64,000 nucleotides of DNA, from positions 11,426 to 75,425 of the forward strand of contig CAKPLZ010000003.1 in the NCBI GenBank assembly GCA_934167835.1, written 5' to 3'. Shown here piece by piece: positions 1-9,362 of the stretch; position 1 is the first letter of the stretch, and every line of letters begins with the position of its first letter. The notes under the pieces were generated by a model, which saw only the letters and a program-made list of their open reading frames with translations, was not told where the DNA came from and did not search any database. Position numbers and translations under genes: made by a program. This stretch comes from an uncultured Clostridia bacterium. Lineage in GTDB: Bacteria > Bacillota > Clostridia > TANB77 > CAG-508.

Positions 1-115
1 GATAGTTTCCAGATTTATTGGAAATTATAATATTTATAGATTTTTTGGTGATGATATAAGATTTAAAAAATAAAACAAAAGAGGATTCCATTTCTGGTTT
101 CCTCTTATATTTTTA

Positions 116-331
116 TTAGCCACCTGTTGGTTGATTTGCTGATCTTTTTATTTGTAAGTTTAATGCTATATTTCCACCTGATGCATCATTTTCGCAATCA
201 TAATCTTGACCTTCTATCCAGCAATATACTCTTATTTTTGTTATACCAGGTTGTAATGTGAATATTTCAACTTTATCAGTGTCTGGATTTGCTCCAAATG
301 CTGATGTTGTTTTCCTGTAGTTTTCCTCCAT
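116..331 (-). CDS. hypothetical small protein (71 aa)
   Basis: Intact ORF with AAGGGAG-like RBS 8 nt upstream of ATG; no recognisable motif. Confidence 0.35.
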   Translation of the reverse strand: MEENYRKTTSAFGANPDTDKVEIFTLQPGITKIRVYCWIEGQDYDCENDASGGNIALNLQIKRSANQPTGG

Positions 332-487
332 AGAAATTTTCTCCCTTCTTAATGAAAGTGCTATTTCCCTAAGTGTAAACCATTTTCTTTGAAGTTATAT
401 CATACTAAATTTAATAATTCAACAAGTTTATCTATATTTTAAAAATAAAGGCAGTGACTTTGTTTCACTACCTTTATTTTTTGATTT

Positions 488-1033
488 TTAATAATTTTCA
501 GCTTTAATTTCAAAATATGCTTTAGGATGATTACATACTGGGCAAACTTCTGGTGCTGATTTTCCAATTACTATATGTCCACAATTTCTGCATTTCCAAA
601 TTCTGTCTCCATCTTTTGAAAATACTAATCCATTTTCTACATTTTCCAATAATTTTTTATATCTTTCTTCGTGTTCTTTTTCAATTTTAGCAACTGCACT
701 AAATAAGTATGCTATTCTGTCAAATCCCTCTTCTTTAGCTTCTTTTGCCATTCTTTCATACATGTCTGTCCATTCAAAGTTTTCTCCTTCAGCTGCTGCT
801 TTTAAATTTTCAACGGTTGATGGAACTTCTCCATCATGAAGTAATTTAAACCACATTTTAGCATGTTCTTTCTCATTATCTGCTGTTTCTTGGAATATTG
901 CTGCAATTTGCTCGTATCCTTCTTTTTTTGCTTTAGATGCAAAATATGTGTATTTGTTTCTTGCTTGTGATTCACCAGCAAATGCTTCCATTAAGTTTTT
1001 TTCTGTTTTTGATCCTTTTAATTCCATTTTCAA
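488..1033 (-). CDS. rbr: rubrerythrin (ferritin-like diiron domain plus C-terminal rubredoxin-like CxxC...CxxC)
   Basis: [13 protein letters not shown] and EKEHAKMW diiron motifs; C-terminal CRNCG...CPVC; terminator hairpin just downstream (about 440-480). Confidence 0.9.
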   Translation of the reverse strand: MKMELKGSKTEKNLMEAFAGESQARNKYTYFASKAKKEGYEQIAAIFQETADNEKEHAKMWFKLLHDGEVPSTVENLKAAAEGENFEWTDMYERMAKEAKEEGFDRIAYLFSAVAKIEKEHEERYKKLLENVENGLVFSKDGDRIWKCRNCGHIVIGKSAPEVCPVCNHPKAYFEIKAENY

Positions 1034-1054
1034 TCCTCCTATTTTTTCTTAACA

Positions 1055-1258
1055 TTATTTTATAACTTCAAATCCTAAATTGTCAAGACTATCTTCAACA
1101 TTTTTTTCATTAAGATTCTCTGCTTCAATTACTACCTTTCCAGTTATGTGGTCTGCTGTAACCTTTTTAATCTCTGGCATCTGGCTAAGTGCATTTATTA
1201 TTCTTCTTTCACATCCAGAACAAGCCATCCCCTTAACATTTATAATATAATCCTTCAT
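1055..1258 (-). CDS. copZ: heavy-metal-associated copper chaperone (CopZ-like)
   Basis: GMACSGC (MxCxxC) HMA motif; 67 aa from MKDYI with AAAGGAGG RBS. Confidence 0.75.
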   Translation of the reverse strand: MKDYIINVKGMACSGCERRIINALSQMPEIKKVTADHITGKVVIEAENLNEKNVEDSLDNLGFEVIK

Positions 1259-1326
1259 AAAACTTCCTCCTTTTGGCATATATTATATCATATTTTTTTG
1301 AAAAATATGTCAATAGCTTTTATAAC

Positions 1327-1362
1327 AAAAAGCAAAGTGTTTTTCACTTTGCTTTTTGTTTT
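1327..1362. terminator. bidirectional rho-independent terminator hairpin between copZ and ileS
   Basis: AAAGCAAAGTG-ttttt-CACTTTGCTTT flanked by T/A runs. Confidence 0.55.
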
Positions 1363-1364
1363 AT

Positions 1365-4300
1365 TTACATTCCTTTAATTTGTACTGTTACCTTTTCTCC
1401 ATTAATTTCAATTTCTTTTTCAATGTCATTTTCAATTGGTGTGTTTACAAATTTTTCTGTTAATGTATCCTGTGTAATTCTTTCTAAGTACTCTTCTAAT
1501 ACTTTTTGCATTAATTTTCCTTCTGTTTGTATGCTTAGTGTTATGCGTTGTTCTACTTTTAGTCCTGTATCTTTTCTTAGTACTTGAAGTGTTCTTACTA
1601 AATCTCTATACATTCCTTCTACGATTAAGTCTTCTGTTAGTATAGTATCTAGTGCTATTGTATAGTCGCCTTCTTTTATTACAACTATATGCGCTTTTGG
1701 TTTCATATTCTTTAAGAATACATCTTTTTCAAATGTTCCAAAACCAGGTACTTCTATTTCCTTTACTTCTTCATCATTGAATTTTGCGACTAAATCGTGC
1801 ATTTCTGTGTCTGTTAAGCCTTCTATTTTTGCTTTGAAGTCTTGAATTTTTTCTTTTAACATTCTTCCTGCAACTTTGAAGTTTACCATTAAGTACTCAT
1901 CATTTAATATTGATTCATCTTTTATTAAGTTTATTGTTTTTACATTTAATTCTTCTTTGATTATTGGTTCAAAGTCTCTTATTGATTTTTCAATATCTTT
2001 TTCACTTGAAATATACATTGTGTTTAATGGTTGTCTAACTTTTAATTGTTTTTCGTTTCTTAGCATTAATCCAAGTGCAATTACTTTTCTTATTTCTTCA
2101 ACTTCTTTTAAAATCTCTTCATTTTCAAATTCTGGTGTTGGAGCTGGATAATCGCTTAAATGTATTGATTTTACTTCATCTGGTTCAAAGCTTCTTACCA
2201 TGTTTTGCCAGATTTCTTCTGTCATAAATGGTATTATTGGTGCAATTGCTTGAGACATTTTCTTAATTGTTGTATATAATAAATAGTACACAAGTGTTTT
2301 ATCACTATCTTCACCAATTTTCCAGAATCTTTTTCTATTTACTCTAACATAGAAGTTTGATATATCATCAACAAATATTTCAAATTCTTTAACTAAGTTT
2401 TGAACCTGATAATTATCCATTGATTTTTTAGCAACTTCTAAGAATTTGTTTAATCTTGCAAGTAACCATTTATCTGTTTTTTCAAGTTTTGACATGTCTA
2501 ATTTATAGTCTTTTAAATTTGGCATATCAAGCACTGCATAAGTATTGAAGAATACATAAATATTCCAGAAGTTTAATAATTTTCTTCTTGATTCATCTCC
2601 TAAATTGAATCCGAATCTTACATCATTATTAACTTGTGCTCCTGCATACAAATATCTTATTGGGTCTGCTCCTATTTTTTCTGCTGCCTCATCAAATTTA
2701 ATCATATAGCCTGATTTAGAGAATTTTCCTCCATCTTCCTTGATAACTGCACTATATGTAAGTACAGATTCATAAGGTGCTCTTCCCTCTAGTACTACAG
2801 ACATGAATAGTAATGAATAGAACCATAATCTTATTTGTTCTTTCATTTCTGTTACCCATTCTGCTGGGAAATATTGTTTCCAGTATTCTTTATCTGTAAA
2901 GTATTTTAATGTTGAGAATGGTACAATACCAGCATCTAGCCAGCAATCTCCAACATCTTTTATTCTTTGAACATGTTTTCCACAATGTGGGCAAACTATT
3001 TCTATTCCATCTATCCAAGGTCTATGTAAGTCTGGTAATTCGTCTACTTTTTTAGGGTCAACGGCTAATGTTTTTAGTTCTTCTCTTGAACCTACAACTG
3101 TAACTTTTCCACACTCTTCGCAAGGATATATTGGAAGTGGTAAACCATAAAATCTCTTTCTTGAAATTGCCCAGTTGCCCATGTTATTTAGCCAATCTTC
3201 CATTCTCTTTCCTGCAAAGTCTGGTGTCCATTTAACTTGCCTTGCAGCTTCTATAAGTTTTGGTCTTATTTTATCACTATTAATATGCCATTCTTGAACT
3301 GCTTTAAATACTACTTCGCTCTTGCATCTCCAACATACTGGATAGCTGTGTTCGTGTTCTTCTACTTTATATAATTTATTTCTTTTCTTTAATTCCTCAA
3401 ATACAAGTTCTGCAACTTCTTTTGTATTGTGTCCTGTCATAAATCCAAATCCATCTAGTATTACACCTTCATCATCAATTGGAACTACAACATCTAAGCC
3501 TTCTCTTTTTCCAAGTTCAAAGTCTTCAGCACCACAACCTGGAGCAATGTGTACAACACCTGTACCATCTTCTGAAGAAACATCTTCCCATGCGACTACT
3601 CTATGGTCTATTTCTTTTTGTTTTTCCATTTCTGGGAAACAAGTTTCATATTTTAAGCCAACTAGTTTTTCACCTTTGAAGCTATCTACAACTTCAACTT
3701 TGTCGTCTCCTAAAATTCTTAAAGCATTTTTATCCATTATTAAGAATTTATCATCTGATTTTACTTTAACTTTAACATAATCAATCTCTGGATTAACTGC
3801 TAATGCCACGTTTGAAGATAGTGTCCATGGAGTTGTTGTCCAAACTACTATTTTGCTATCTGTTCCTATTAATGGTAGTTTGAAGAATACTGATTTATGT
3901 ACCATTTGCTTATATGAACCAGCCATTTCGTGTTCTGATAAAGATGTTCCACATCTTGGGCACCAAGGCATTGGTCTAAATGATCTTTCTATCATTCCTA
4001 ATTCATCACATTTCTTTAAGAAATGCCATATTGCAGTAATGTTTTCCTTTGTATTTGTGTAATATGAATTATCCCAGTCCATCCATTGCCCTAGTCTCTT
4101 AGATTGTTCTGTAATCGTCTTTGAAAAATGGTCAACACGGGCTAAACATTTTTTAGTAAAGTTCTCTAATCCATATTTTTCAATATCTTTTTTATCATTA
4201 AATCCTAACTCTTTTTCAACTTCAACTTCTATCCAAAGACCTTGTCCATCAAAACCATTTCTATAATGTGAAGTATAACCATTCATTCCCTTGTAACGTA

Positions 4301-4514
4301 TGTATATATCTTTTAAAGTTCTTCCCCAAGCATGGTGAATACCCATTGGATTATTAGCTGTAATTGGTCCATCCAAAAATCTAAACTTCTTGCCATCCTT
4401 GTTCTTCTCCAAAAGAGCCTTAAAACACTTCTCATCCTCCCAAAACTTCATAACATCATGTTCCATATCAATAAAATTAAAATTTGGTTCAACTTTTTTC
4501 ATAAATATATACAC
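1365..4514 (-). CDS. ileS: isoleucine--tRNA ligase, type 2 (eukaryote/archaeal-like) with non-canonical signature motifs
   Basis: 1049 aa; WTTTPWTLSSNVALAVNPE, PWCPRCGTSLSEHE, four Zn-ribbon CxxC pairs and anticodon-binding region align to type-2 IleRS; HIGH region reads GIHH, KMSKS reads KFSKS. Confidence 0.75.
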   Translation of the reverse strand: MYIFMKKVEPNFNFIDMEHDVMKFWEDEKCFKALLEKNKDGKKFRFLDGPITANNPMGIHHAWGRTLKDIYIRYKGMNGYTSHYRNGFDGQGLWIEVEVEKELGFNDKKDIEKYGLENFTKKCLARVDHFSKTITEQSKRLGQWMDWDNSYYTNTKENITAIWHFLKKCDELGMIERSFRPMPWCPRCGTSLSEHEMAGSYKQMVHKSVFFKLPLIGTDSKIVVWTTTPWTLSSNVALAVNPEIDYVKVKVKSDDKFLIMDKNALRILGDDKVEVVDSFKGEKLVGLKYETCFPEMEKQKEIDHRVVAWEDVSSEDGTGVVHIAPGCGAEDFELGKREGLDVVVPIDDEGVILDGFGFMTGHNTKEVAELVFEELKKRNKLYKVEEHEHSYPVCWRCKSEVVFKAVQEWHINSDKIRPKLIEAARQVKWTPDFAGKRMEDWLNNMGNWAISRKRFYGLPLPIYPCEECGKVTVVGSREELKTLAVDPKKVDELPDLHRPWIDGIEIVCPHCGKHVQRIKDVGDCWLDAGIVPFSTLKYFTDKEYWKQYFPAEWVTEMKEQIRLWFYSLLFMSVVLEGRAPYESVLTYSAVIKEDGGKFSKSGYMIKFDEAAEKIGADPIRYLYAGAQVNNDVRFGFNLGDESRRKLLNFWNIYVFFNTYAVLDMPNLKDYKLDMSKLEKTDKWLLARLNKFLEVAKKSMDNYQVQNLVKEFEIFVDDISNFYVRVNRKRFWKIGEDSDKTLVYYLLYTTIKKMSQAIAPIIPFMTEEIWQNMVRSFEPDEVKSIHLSDYPAPTPEFENEEILKEVEEIRKVIALGLMLRNEKQLKVRQPLNTMYISSEKDIEKSIRDFEPIIKEELNVKTINLIKDESILNDEYLMVNFKVAGRMLKEKIQDFKAKIEGLTDTEMHDLVAKFNDEEVKEIEVPGFGTFEKDVFLKNMKPKAHIVVIKEGDYTIALDTILTEDLIVEGMYRDLVRTLQVLRKDTGLKVEQRITLSIQTEGKLMQKVLEEYLERITQDTLTEKFVNTPIENDIEKEIEINGEKVTVQIKGM

Positions 4515-4611
4515 TCGCTTTCTTTAAACTAATACTAAATATATTATCACATTCTTTACATAATAGCAATATTTTTTTAAGATTTTTAAGATTTTTTTAA
4601 TAGTACGCGGT

Positions 4612-4675
4612 CAACAAAAAAACGCCTACTGGCGTTTAATCCAGCGAAAATTTCCCGAGAGGAAAATTTTCGCCC
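4612..4675 (-). terminator. tandem hairpins downstream of paralog A: 13-bp-stem hairpin GCGAAAATTTTCC..GGAAATTTTCGC, then AAACGCC-agta-GGCGTTT plus T-run
   Basis: Inverted repeats read directly; near-identical copy at 29936-29996 downstream of paralog C. Confidence 0.6.
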
Positions 4676-4741
4676 TATTATTCCTAATTTTATTACCCTA
4701 AAACTACTTCCTGCTATTTTTTTACTGTATCGCCTTCAAGC

Positions 4742-6138
4742 TTACAGATTTACATAAAGTGCGGAGCGACTACCGAAAGCCGGGGCTGCTGTTGGTCGGA
4801 ATGCGGTAGTAACGATAACTAGCTGAAAGGCTGTAGCGGTAATCGCCGACCCCTGTCAACTCGACTATCTGAAGAGTAGGACTCTGTAGTCCATTCCCAA
4901 ACATTGCCTTCTAAGTCATATACATTTTTTGAAACATCCTTATATGAACTCTTGTCTGCGTAATCTAAGCCTGCTGTCTGCCATGGTCCATCACTATAGC
5001 TTCTATTGTGTAAAGCATATCCTGTATTTTTTACATTATAACTTTCAGTATTTACAAACTCTAACACTTGGTCATGGCATGCTCCGAGTATCATACTACT
5101 TTTTACTCCACTTAAATTTTTATTTGCTGAATATGCTTTTTGTTGTCCATACATATAGTACCAATTTACATTGCTTATTCCTGTCTTTGTTCCAGCTATT
5201 ACTTTTACTGCTGTATTTGCATTTTGCGTCATATTGCTTGTTTCATATCTTCCTACCCAAAATCCTTCTGCATTATATATACTTTTTACGATTTCATTGT
5301 ACTCTGTTTGTAATGTTTTTTTGAATTCATTTGCATTTGCATAACTTGGACTATCTCCTGTTACTGTTGCTATGTTTTCTAAATAAGTAGAACTTGCATC
5401 ATAGCTTGTTCCAGTACTTCCTGTTACTACATCTGGCTCCCTTAAACCGCTGTTTGGTGTATATACTTCTGTATATGCTTTCTTATAGTAGTTTTCTCCT
5501 GTCCTTGTTGCATATAATCTTCCTGCCATTTGTTTTGAGTTATGGGTTGTACATGTTGCAGCTCCATTTTTTACAGTTATATTACATTTATCGTTTAGTT
5601 CCTCTTTTGCCTGGCAAATGAACATATCATTTATTTTTGTATGTGAAATTGGTATCCACACAAATTGGTCATATTTTGTTCTTAAGTCTGCTACTGTTTC
5701 TTCGTTACTCCAGTCTATTGCTTTTATTTCTTCTTCTGTCCATGATGTACCATCTTCTTTTTTATCTATTAAGTATATTACTAATCCACCATCTACTGTT
5801 TTTTCTGTTCCTGCACCTGATACTGTAAAGCCTGCTGGGATTACTGCTGTCTCGTATTTTGAAGTTTCAGTTGCTTTTTCTCCTGCTTTTATTTCTGGTA
5901 ATTTTACTTTACCTTCTAAATAGTCTTCTATGATTGAATAAGTTTTATCCCCTATTTTAATTTCAGACCCAGCATTTGCTTCTGCATCTTGAGCTGATTT
6001 CCAGTTTTTTGTGGCGTCTCCTGCTGACTTAAATAGTCCTGTGTTTAGTGCTACGCTTATGCTGACTGCTACTAGTATTAGCATTACAATTATTGTGATT
6101 ATTAACGCTATGAGCGTTATTCCTTTTGTGTTTTTCAT
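4742..6138 (-). pseudogene. prepilin-like N-terminus / FGE (SUMF1, DUF323)-like C-terminal domain protein, paralog A; frame interrupted twice at in-frame CGG (as assembled the ORF stops at 4819)
   Basis: N-terminus KGITLIALIITIIVMLILVAVSISVAL (class III signal / pseudopilin-like); C-terminus GNVWEWTTE...RVDRG then +1 frame GDYRYSLSASYRYYRIPTNSSPGF, +1 again GSRSALYVNL*, matching paralog B ...SFRAALYVSL*. Confidence 0.7.
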
Positions 6139-6455
6139 GAATTAAATCCTCCTTAAATTTTATTTTATATAACCTTTTGTTATATCTATATATTTTTAAA
6201 ATTAACCTAACTGTACTCATGGTGGACATGATTGTCTTACCATATATATTTTGTACATTAGATTAATTCTTAGTCTTTTATATTTTATATATAGTTTATT
6301 TTTTATAAAATTATCGATATATATATATATATATATAGGGCCCCAAGGCTTTCAGCGATTTTCATTGGTTAGTTTCTCCTTTTTTCGTTTCTTTTCGTGC
6401 TTTTGTTTTTTGCTTTTTGTAAAGCTAGTATATATTATTAATATTTTTCTGTCAA
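6139..6455 (-). promoter_or_regulatory. promoter (TTGACA-17-TATACT) plus about 290-nt leader of paralog A, containing a conserved small uORF (MKIAESLGALYIYIYID...) that harbours a (TA)10 tract
   Basis: -35/-10 hexamers read at about 6450-6455/6427-6432; leader blocks conserved with paralog C leader (31354-31652). Confidence 0.45.
6317..6337. repeat. (TA)10 dinucleotide microsatellite inside the leader uORF of paralog A
   Basis: atatatatatatatatatata read directly. Confidence 0.9.
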
Positions 6456-6480
6456 TACTTTTTACAAATTTTTTAATATA

Positions 6481-6505
6481 AAAGCTAGGATTGCTCCTAG
6501 CTTTT
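6481..6505 (-). terminator. ftsH terminator hairpin AAAGCTAGGA-ttgc-TCCTAGCTTTT
   Basis: Perfect 10-bp palindrome immediately after ftsH stop. Confidence 0.6.
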
Positions 6506-6506
6506 A

Positions 6507-8309
6507 TTAATCTGCAAATATTGCAGCAAATTCTTCTCCATCTACTTTTTCTTTTTCTAATAATAAGTTTGCTACTGTGTGAAGTTTATCGCTGTGCATT
6601 GTTAGTATTTCTTTTGCTCTGTTGTATCCGTTGTCTATTATTCTTTTTACTTCTTCATCTATTTTAGCTGAAGTTTCTTCACTGTAGTTTCTTGTTTGTG
6701 TCCAGTCTCTTCCTAGGAATACTTCTTCTTGGCCTGAGCCAAATGTTATTGTTCCTAGAGTATCGCTCATACCATATTTTGTTACCATGTCTCTTGCAAT
6801 TTTCGATGCTCTTTCTATATCGTTGCTTGCTCCTGTTGATATATCATCTAGTACTAAGCTTTCTGCAACTCTTCCCCCAAGTAATCCAACAATTGATTCT
6901 TCCATTTCTACTTTTGACATGAAATTCTTGTCTTCATCTGGTCTATACATTGTGTATCCACCAGCCATTCCACGAGGCACTATTGATATTTGATGAATTG
7001 TATCTTGTGTTGGTAAGTAATGGCTTACTACCGCATGACCTGCTTCATGGAACGCTACTAATTTATTTTCCTTTTCACTTCTTACTCTGCTTCTCTTTTC
7101 AGGTCCCATTGTAACTTTTATCATTGCATCTTCAACATCTTGCATGTTGATTTCTTGCTTGTTTCTTCTTGCAGCTAGCAGTGATGCTTCATTCATTACA
7201 TTTTCTAGGTCTGCTCCTGAAAATCCTGCTGTATTTTTTGCTATTACTTTTAAATCTACATCTTCACCTAATTTTTTCTTTCTACTATGAACCTCTAATA
7301 TCTCTTCTCTTGCTTTTACATCTGGTGCTGATACTACAATTTGTCTATCAAATCTTCCTGGTCTTAATAGTGCTTTATCTAGTACATCTGGTCTGTTTGT
7401 TGCTGCTAGAACTATTACTCCTTCATTTGCTGAGAATCCATCCATTTCAACTAATAATTGGTTTAATGTTTGCTCTCTCTCATCATGTCCTCCTCCTAAA
7501 CCTGCACCTCTTTGGCGACCTACTGCATCTATTTCATCAATGAAAACTATACATGGAGCATTTCTTTTTGCTTGTTCAAATAAGTCTCTAACTCTTGATG
7601 CACCTACACCAACAAACATTTCAACAAAGTCTGAACCACTTATTATGAAAAATGGAACTCCTGCTTCTCCTGCAACTGCCTTTGCTAAAAGTGTTTTACC
7701 TGTTCCTGGGTGACCCACAAGTAATACCCCTTTTGGAATTCTTGCACCCATATCTGTGAATTTCTTTGGTGATTTTAAAAATTCTACAATTTCTTGTAAT
7801 TCTTCTTTTTCTTCATCTACACCTGCCACATCTTTAAAAGTTACTTTTCCTTTTTCATTTGCATTTAATACTCTTGCTCTGCTCTTTCCAAATGTCATTG
7901 TTTTATTGCCTCCGCCTTGGGCACTACTGCTTATTAGGAACCAAAACACAAATAATGCTATTATTATTGCAAATGGTGATAAAAGTCCTAAAACTTTTAT
8001 CCATATTGATTCAGATTTTTCTTCAAATGTAAATCTTTGTGCTGCTATGTCATCATTAATTTCTGTCATGAAATTATCTATACTTGGAATGTTAACTTCC
8101 TTTTCAACTTTATCGTTTTTAATTTTTACATAAGCTCTATTTCCATCTGCCTCTAATTGAATTTTCTCTACTTTTGAATTGTTTATTGCATTTATCAATT
8201 CATCATAGGACATTTTTGTTTCTGAATTTTCTACTATTGCAGATAACAGAATAATGCTTGCAATTCCAATTATTAACCACATTATAATTGTTTTAATACT
8301 ATTTTTCAT
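6507..8309 (-). CDS. ftsH: ATP-dependent zinc metalloprotease FtsH
   Basis: N-terminal TM segments, Walker [12 protein letters not shown], zinc site HEAGHAVV. Confidence 0.95.
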   Translation of the reverse strand: MKNSIKTIIMWLIIGIASIILLSAIVENSETKMSYDELINAINNSKVEKIQLEADGNRAYVKIKNDKVEKEVNIPSIDNFMTEINDDIAAQRFTFEEKSESIWIKVLGLLSPFAIIIALFVFWFLISSSAQGGGNKTMTFGKSRARVLNANEKGKVTFKDVAGVDEEKEELQEIVEFLKSPKKFTDMGARIPKGVLLVGHPGTGKTLLAKAVAGEAGVPFFIISGSDFVEMFVGVGASRVRDLFEQAKRNAPCIVFIDEIDAVGRQRGAGLGGGHDEREQTLNQLLVEMDGFSANEGVIVLAATNRPDVLDKALLRPGRFDRQIVVSAPDVKAREEILEVHSRKKKLGEDVDLKVIAKNTAGFSGADLENVMNEASLLAARRNKQEINMQDVEDAMIKVTMGPEKRSRVRSEKENKLVAFHEAGHAVVSHYLPTQDTIHQISIVPRGMAGGYTMYRPDEDKNFMSKVEMEESIVGLLGGRVAESLVLDDISTGASNDIERASKIARDMVTKYGMSDTLGTITFGSGQEEVFLGRDWTQTRNYSEETSAKIDEEVKRIIDNGYNRAKEILTMHSDKLHTVANLLLEKEKVDGEEFAAIFAD

Positions 8310-8361
8310 TTTTTACTTACCATCCTTTTCTCTTGTTTGTCTTATTAATATATCATACCAC

Positions 8362-9354
8362 TTAATTATTTTCAAGGTTTTTGATAAAATATATTTTGCC
8401 TTTTTTTACATATATTTTGATTAGTTTTATTGGGCTTAAATACTTATTGCCTATATTATTTTGGCATAATTTTATAATATCATCAATATTAACCTTTTCT
8501 ATGCAATTTGTTGTATGAATTGCCTCATTTATAGTATATAGTATTAACCTTCTTTTTATTACTAATTCTAATTGATTGAATTTTTTTAAGTTTAATACTA
8601 TTGTTCCATTTTCAATGCTTGAGATTTCATTATATTTTTCTTTTGTTAGTTTTTGTAGATATTCATTTTCATCTGTTGCAACATCTGAGAGCCTATTTAT
8701 TGTTTGTATTATATTTTGATTAAACTCTTTTTTTATGTATGGAATAACAATATTTCGTACTTTATTTCTACTGTAAATACTCTCTAAGTTTGATTCATCA
8801 ATTCTTGGGTTCAAATTATTCTCTTCACAATATTTTTCTATTTTTTCCCTGTTTGTAAGAATTAAAGGTCTGATATATTTATTGTCACGCATTGCCTCAA
8901 TTCCCTTAAGCCCTGAAATTCCACTTCCCCTTAAGATATTTAATATTACAGTTTCTGCTCTATCATTTGCATTATGTGCTGTTGCGATTTTGTTTGCTTC
9001 CGTTTTTTGAGCAACCTCTTCAAAAAAATCATACCTAACTTGCCTTCCAACTTCTTCTGTCCCTTTTTTTTGTTTTTTGGCTAATTCTAGAATGTTTTCT
9101 TTTTTTACAAAACATTCTATTCCTATTTTTTCACAAAAATCTTTAACATACTCAGTTTCACTATCTGCAACTTCTCTTATTTGATGATTGATATGTGCAA
9201 CAACAATTTCAAATTTTAGCTTTTCTTGTAGGCTGTATAGTAGATGTAATAGGCATATCGAGTCTGGTCCGCCTGATACGCCTATTACAATTTTATCATT
9301 TTTTTCTATTAAATTATAGGTTTTTATTGTTTTTAAAACTTCTTCTTTTAACAT
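8362..9354 (-). CDS. tilS: tRNA(Ile)-lysidine synthetase
   Basis: PP-loop SGGPDS; placed upstream of ftsH as usual in Firmicutes. Confidence 0.9.
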   Translation of the reverse strand: MLKEEVLKTIKTYNLIEKNDKIVIGVSGGPDSICLLHLLYSLQEKLKFEIVVAHINHQIREVADSETEYVKDFCEKIGIECFVKKENILELAKKQKKGTEEVGRQVRYDFFEEVAQKTEANKIATAHNANDRAETVILNILRGSGISGLKGIEAMRDNKYIRPLILTNREKIEKYCEENNLNPRIDESNLESIYSRNKVRNIVIPYIKKEFNQNIIQTINRLSDVATDENEYLQKLTKEKYNEISSIENGTIVLNLKKFNQLELVIKRRLILYTINEAIHTTNCIEKVNIDDIIKLCQNNIGNKYLSPIKLIKIYVKKGKIYFIKNLENN

Positions 9355-9362
9355 TTATTCTC

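Noticed and set aside
4515-4818. T-box riboswitch leader upstream of ileS (and likewise upstream of leuS, 25469-25880)
   Set aside because: I searched both leaders for the conserved T-box element (AAnnnGGGTGGnACCGCG) and a specifier-loop/antiterminator arrangement and found neither. The ileS upstream region is instead occupied by the paralog-A 3' hairpins and a sigma-A-like promoter.
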